Below, one piece after another: positions 45,370 through 46,008 of a stretch of DNA of 46,008 nucleotides. The DNA is from Xylographa opegraphella (lineage: Eukaryota). The DNA is taken from assembly GCA_022813865.1 (NCBI GenBank), contig JALDZX010000096.1:1-46008 (forward strand), read 5' to 3'. The notes beneath the pieces are model-generated. The model was not told where the DNA came from, ran no database searches, and saw only the letters and a program-made list of their open reading frames with translations. How positions within the stretch are numbered: position 1 is the stretch's first letter; every line of letters starts with the position of its first letter. A program made the translations under genes and the position numbers.

Positions 45370-46008
45370 GTGTTACAATGTGTTAGATTATGTAATAATA
45401 TGTCATAATTGCAGATGACTAATCAGTGTAATATAATGCATGAGAAACGTGATATTATTGTAAAGGCTATATAAATAACGTTAATTATATAAATTATTTT
45501 GAAATTACGTAAAATTACGTAAGGTTACGTATACATTATTTAATTAAATATAATATTCGATTTGTTGAAAGGTACGATGGGTACTGAAGCGCAGTGGTCA
45601 TTCTAGCAGAATATATGGGTAAACAAGTGTGTTGTATTAGCTATGAACAACTACGAGACTATATGCTCGCGCACTANNNNNNNNNNNNNNNNNNNNNCCC
45701 GAGCTCTCGCTTAGCAGCTCTCGCTATCCTGCAGGCAGGCCGGGACTCTATTTCTAACAAAATAAATAATATTTTATTTTATAATATTTTTATATTAATT
45801 TTATTTCTTAATTATTATTTTATTAATTTTAACTAAATTTCGCCAATTTTTTTTAATGTTTTTCGTTGCTACTCGAAAAGAAATCGAAACAAATTAAAAA
45901 AAATTTATAAAAAAAAAACTTATAATTCCTAACGTAAATATATTAAATGTAACGGCGTGTTACATGGCACCTTAATAAGTGATAGACGGAACGGGACTAA
46001 AGCGCGTC
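45370..46008. mobile_element. AT-rich, RIP-degraded repeat relic spanning an assembly gap
   Basis: AT-rich blocks 45460-45560 and 45755-45950 with TpA excess, CpA/TpG loss and retained CpG; TTACGTA x3 at about 45505-45531; no credible ORF. Confidence 0.65.
45677..45697. other. Assembly gap (21 N)
   Basis: Run of N characters. Confidence 1.

Overview
A gene-dense block from a filamentous ascomycete (Pezizomycotina) genome. The evidence is short GT-AG introns with CTRAY branch sites plus fungal-type orthologues; a lichen-forming or related lineage is plausible but not provable from this window. Both ends (about 1-650 and 45370-46008) are AT-rich relics that look degraded by repeat-induced point mutation (RIP), and there is a 21-N gap at 45677-45697. 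Between them lie about 22 protein genes: borate/HCO3- transporter, a 56-aa Cys-rich micro-protein, RPC5, DDB1, a SUN-domain protein, CCP2 with a peroxisomal signal, a Pmp3/Sna-family protein, GAL10, a zeta-crystallin quinone reductase, ARB1, an inositol polyphosphate kinase, CEF1, NMD3, ESF2, ATP25, an MT-A70/METTL4-like methyltransferase, a LEU5-like carrier, PEX12, an FAD oxidoreductase, a small secreted 6-Cys protein, an Asn/Tyr-repeat GPI-type wall protein and KEI1. The best leads are: (1) ATP25 reduced to its N-terminal Rsf-like half, lacking the C-terminal domain that stabilises atp9 mRNA; (2) an unrecognised GPI-type protein with an amyloid/beta-solenoid-like INNYY core next to a small secreted 6-Cys protein; (3) 13 consecutive genes in strictly alternating orientation; (4) a CpG-sparing RIP signature; (5) an apparently decayed first exon in KEI1. 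I saw no tRNA, rRNA, CRISPR array or intact transposon. All calls come from reading the sequence by eye, with no database searches.
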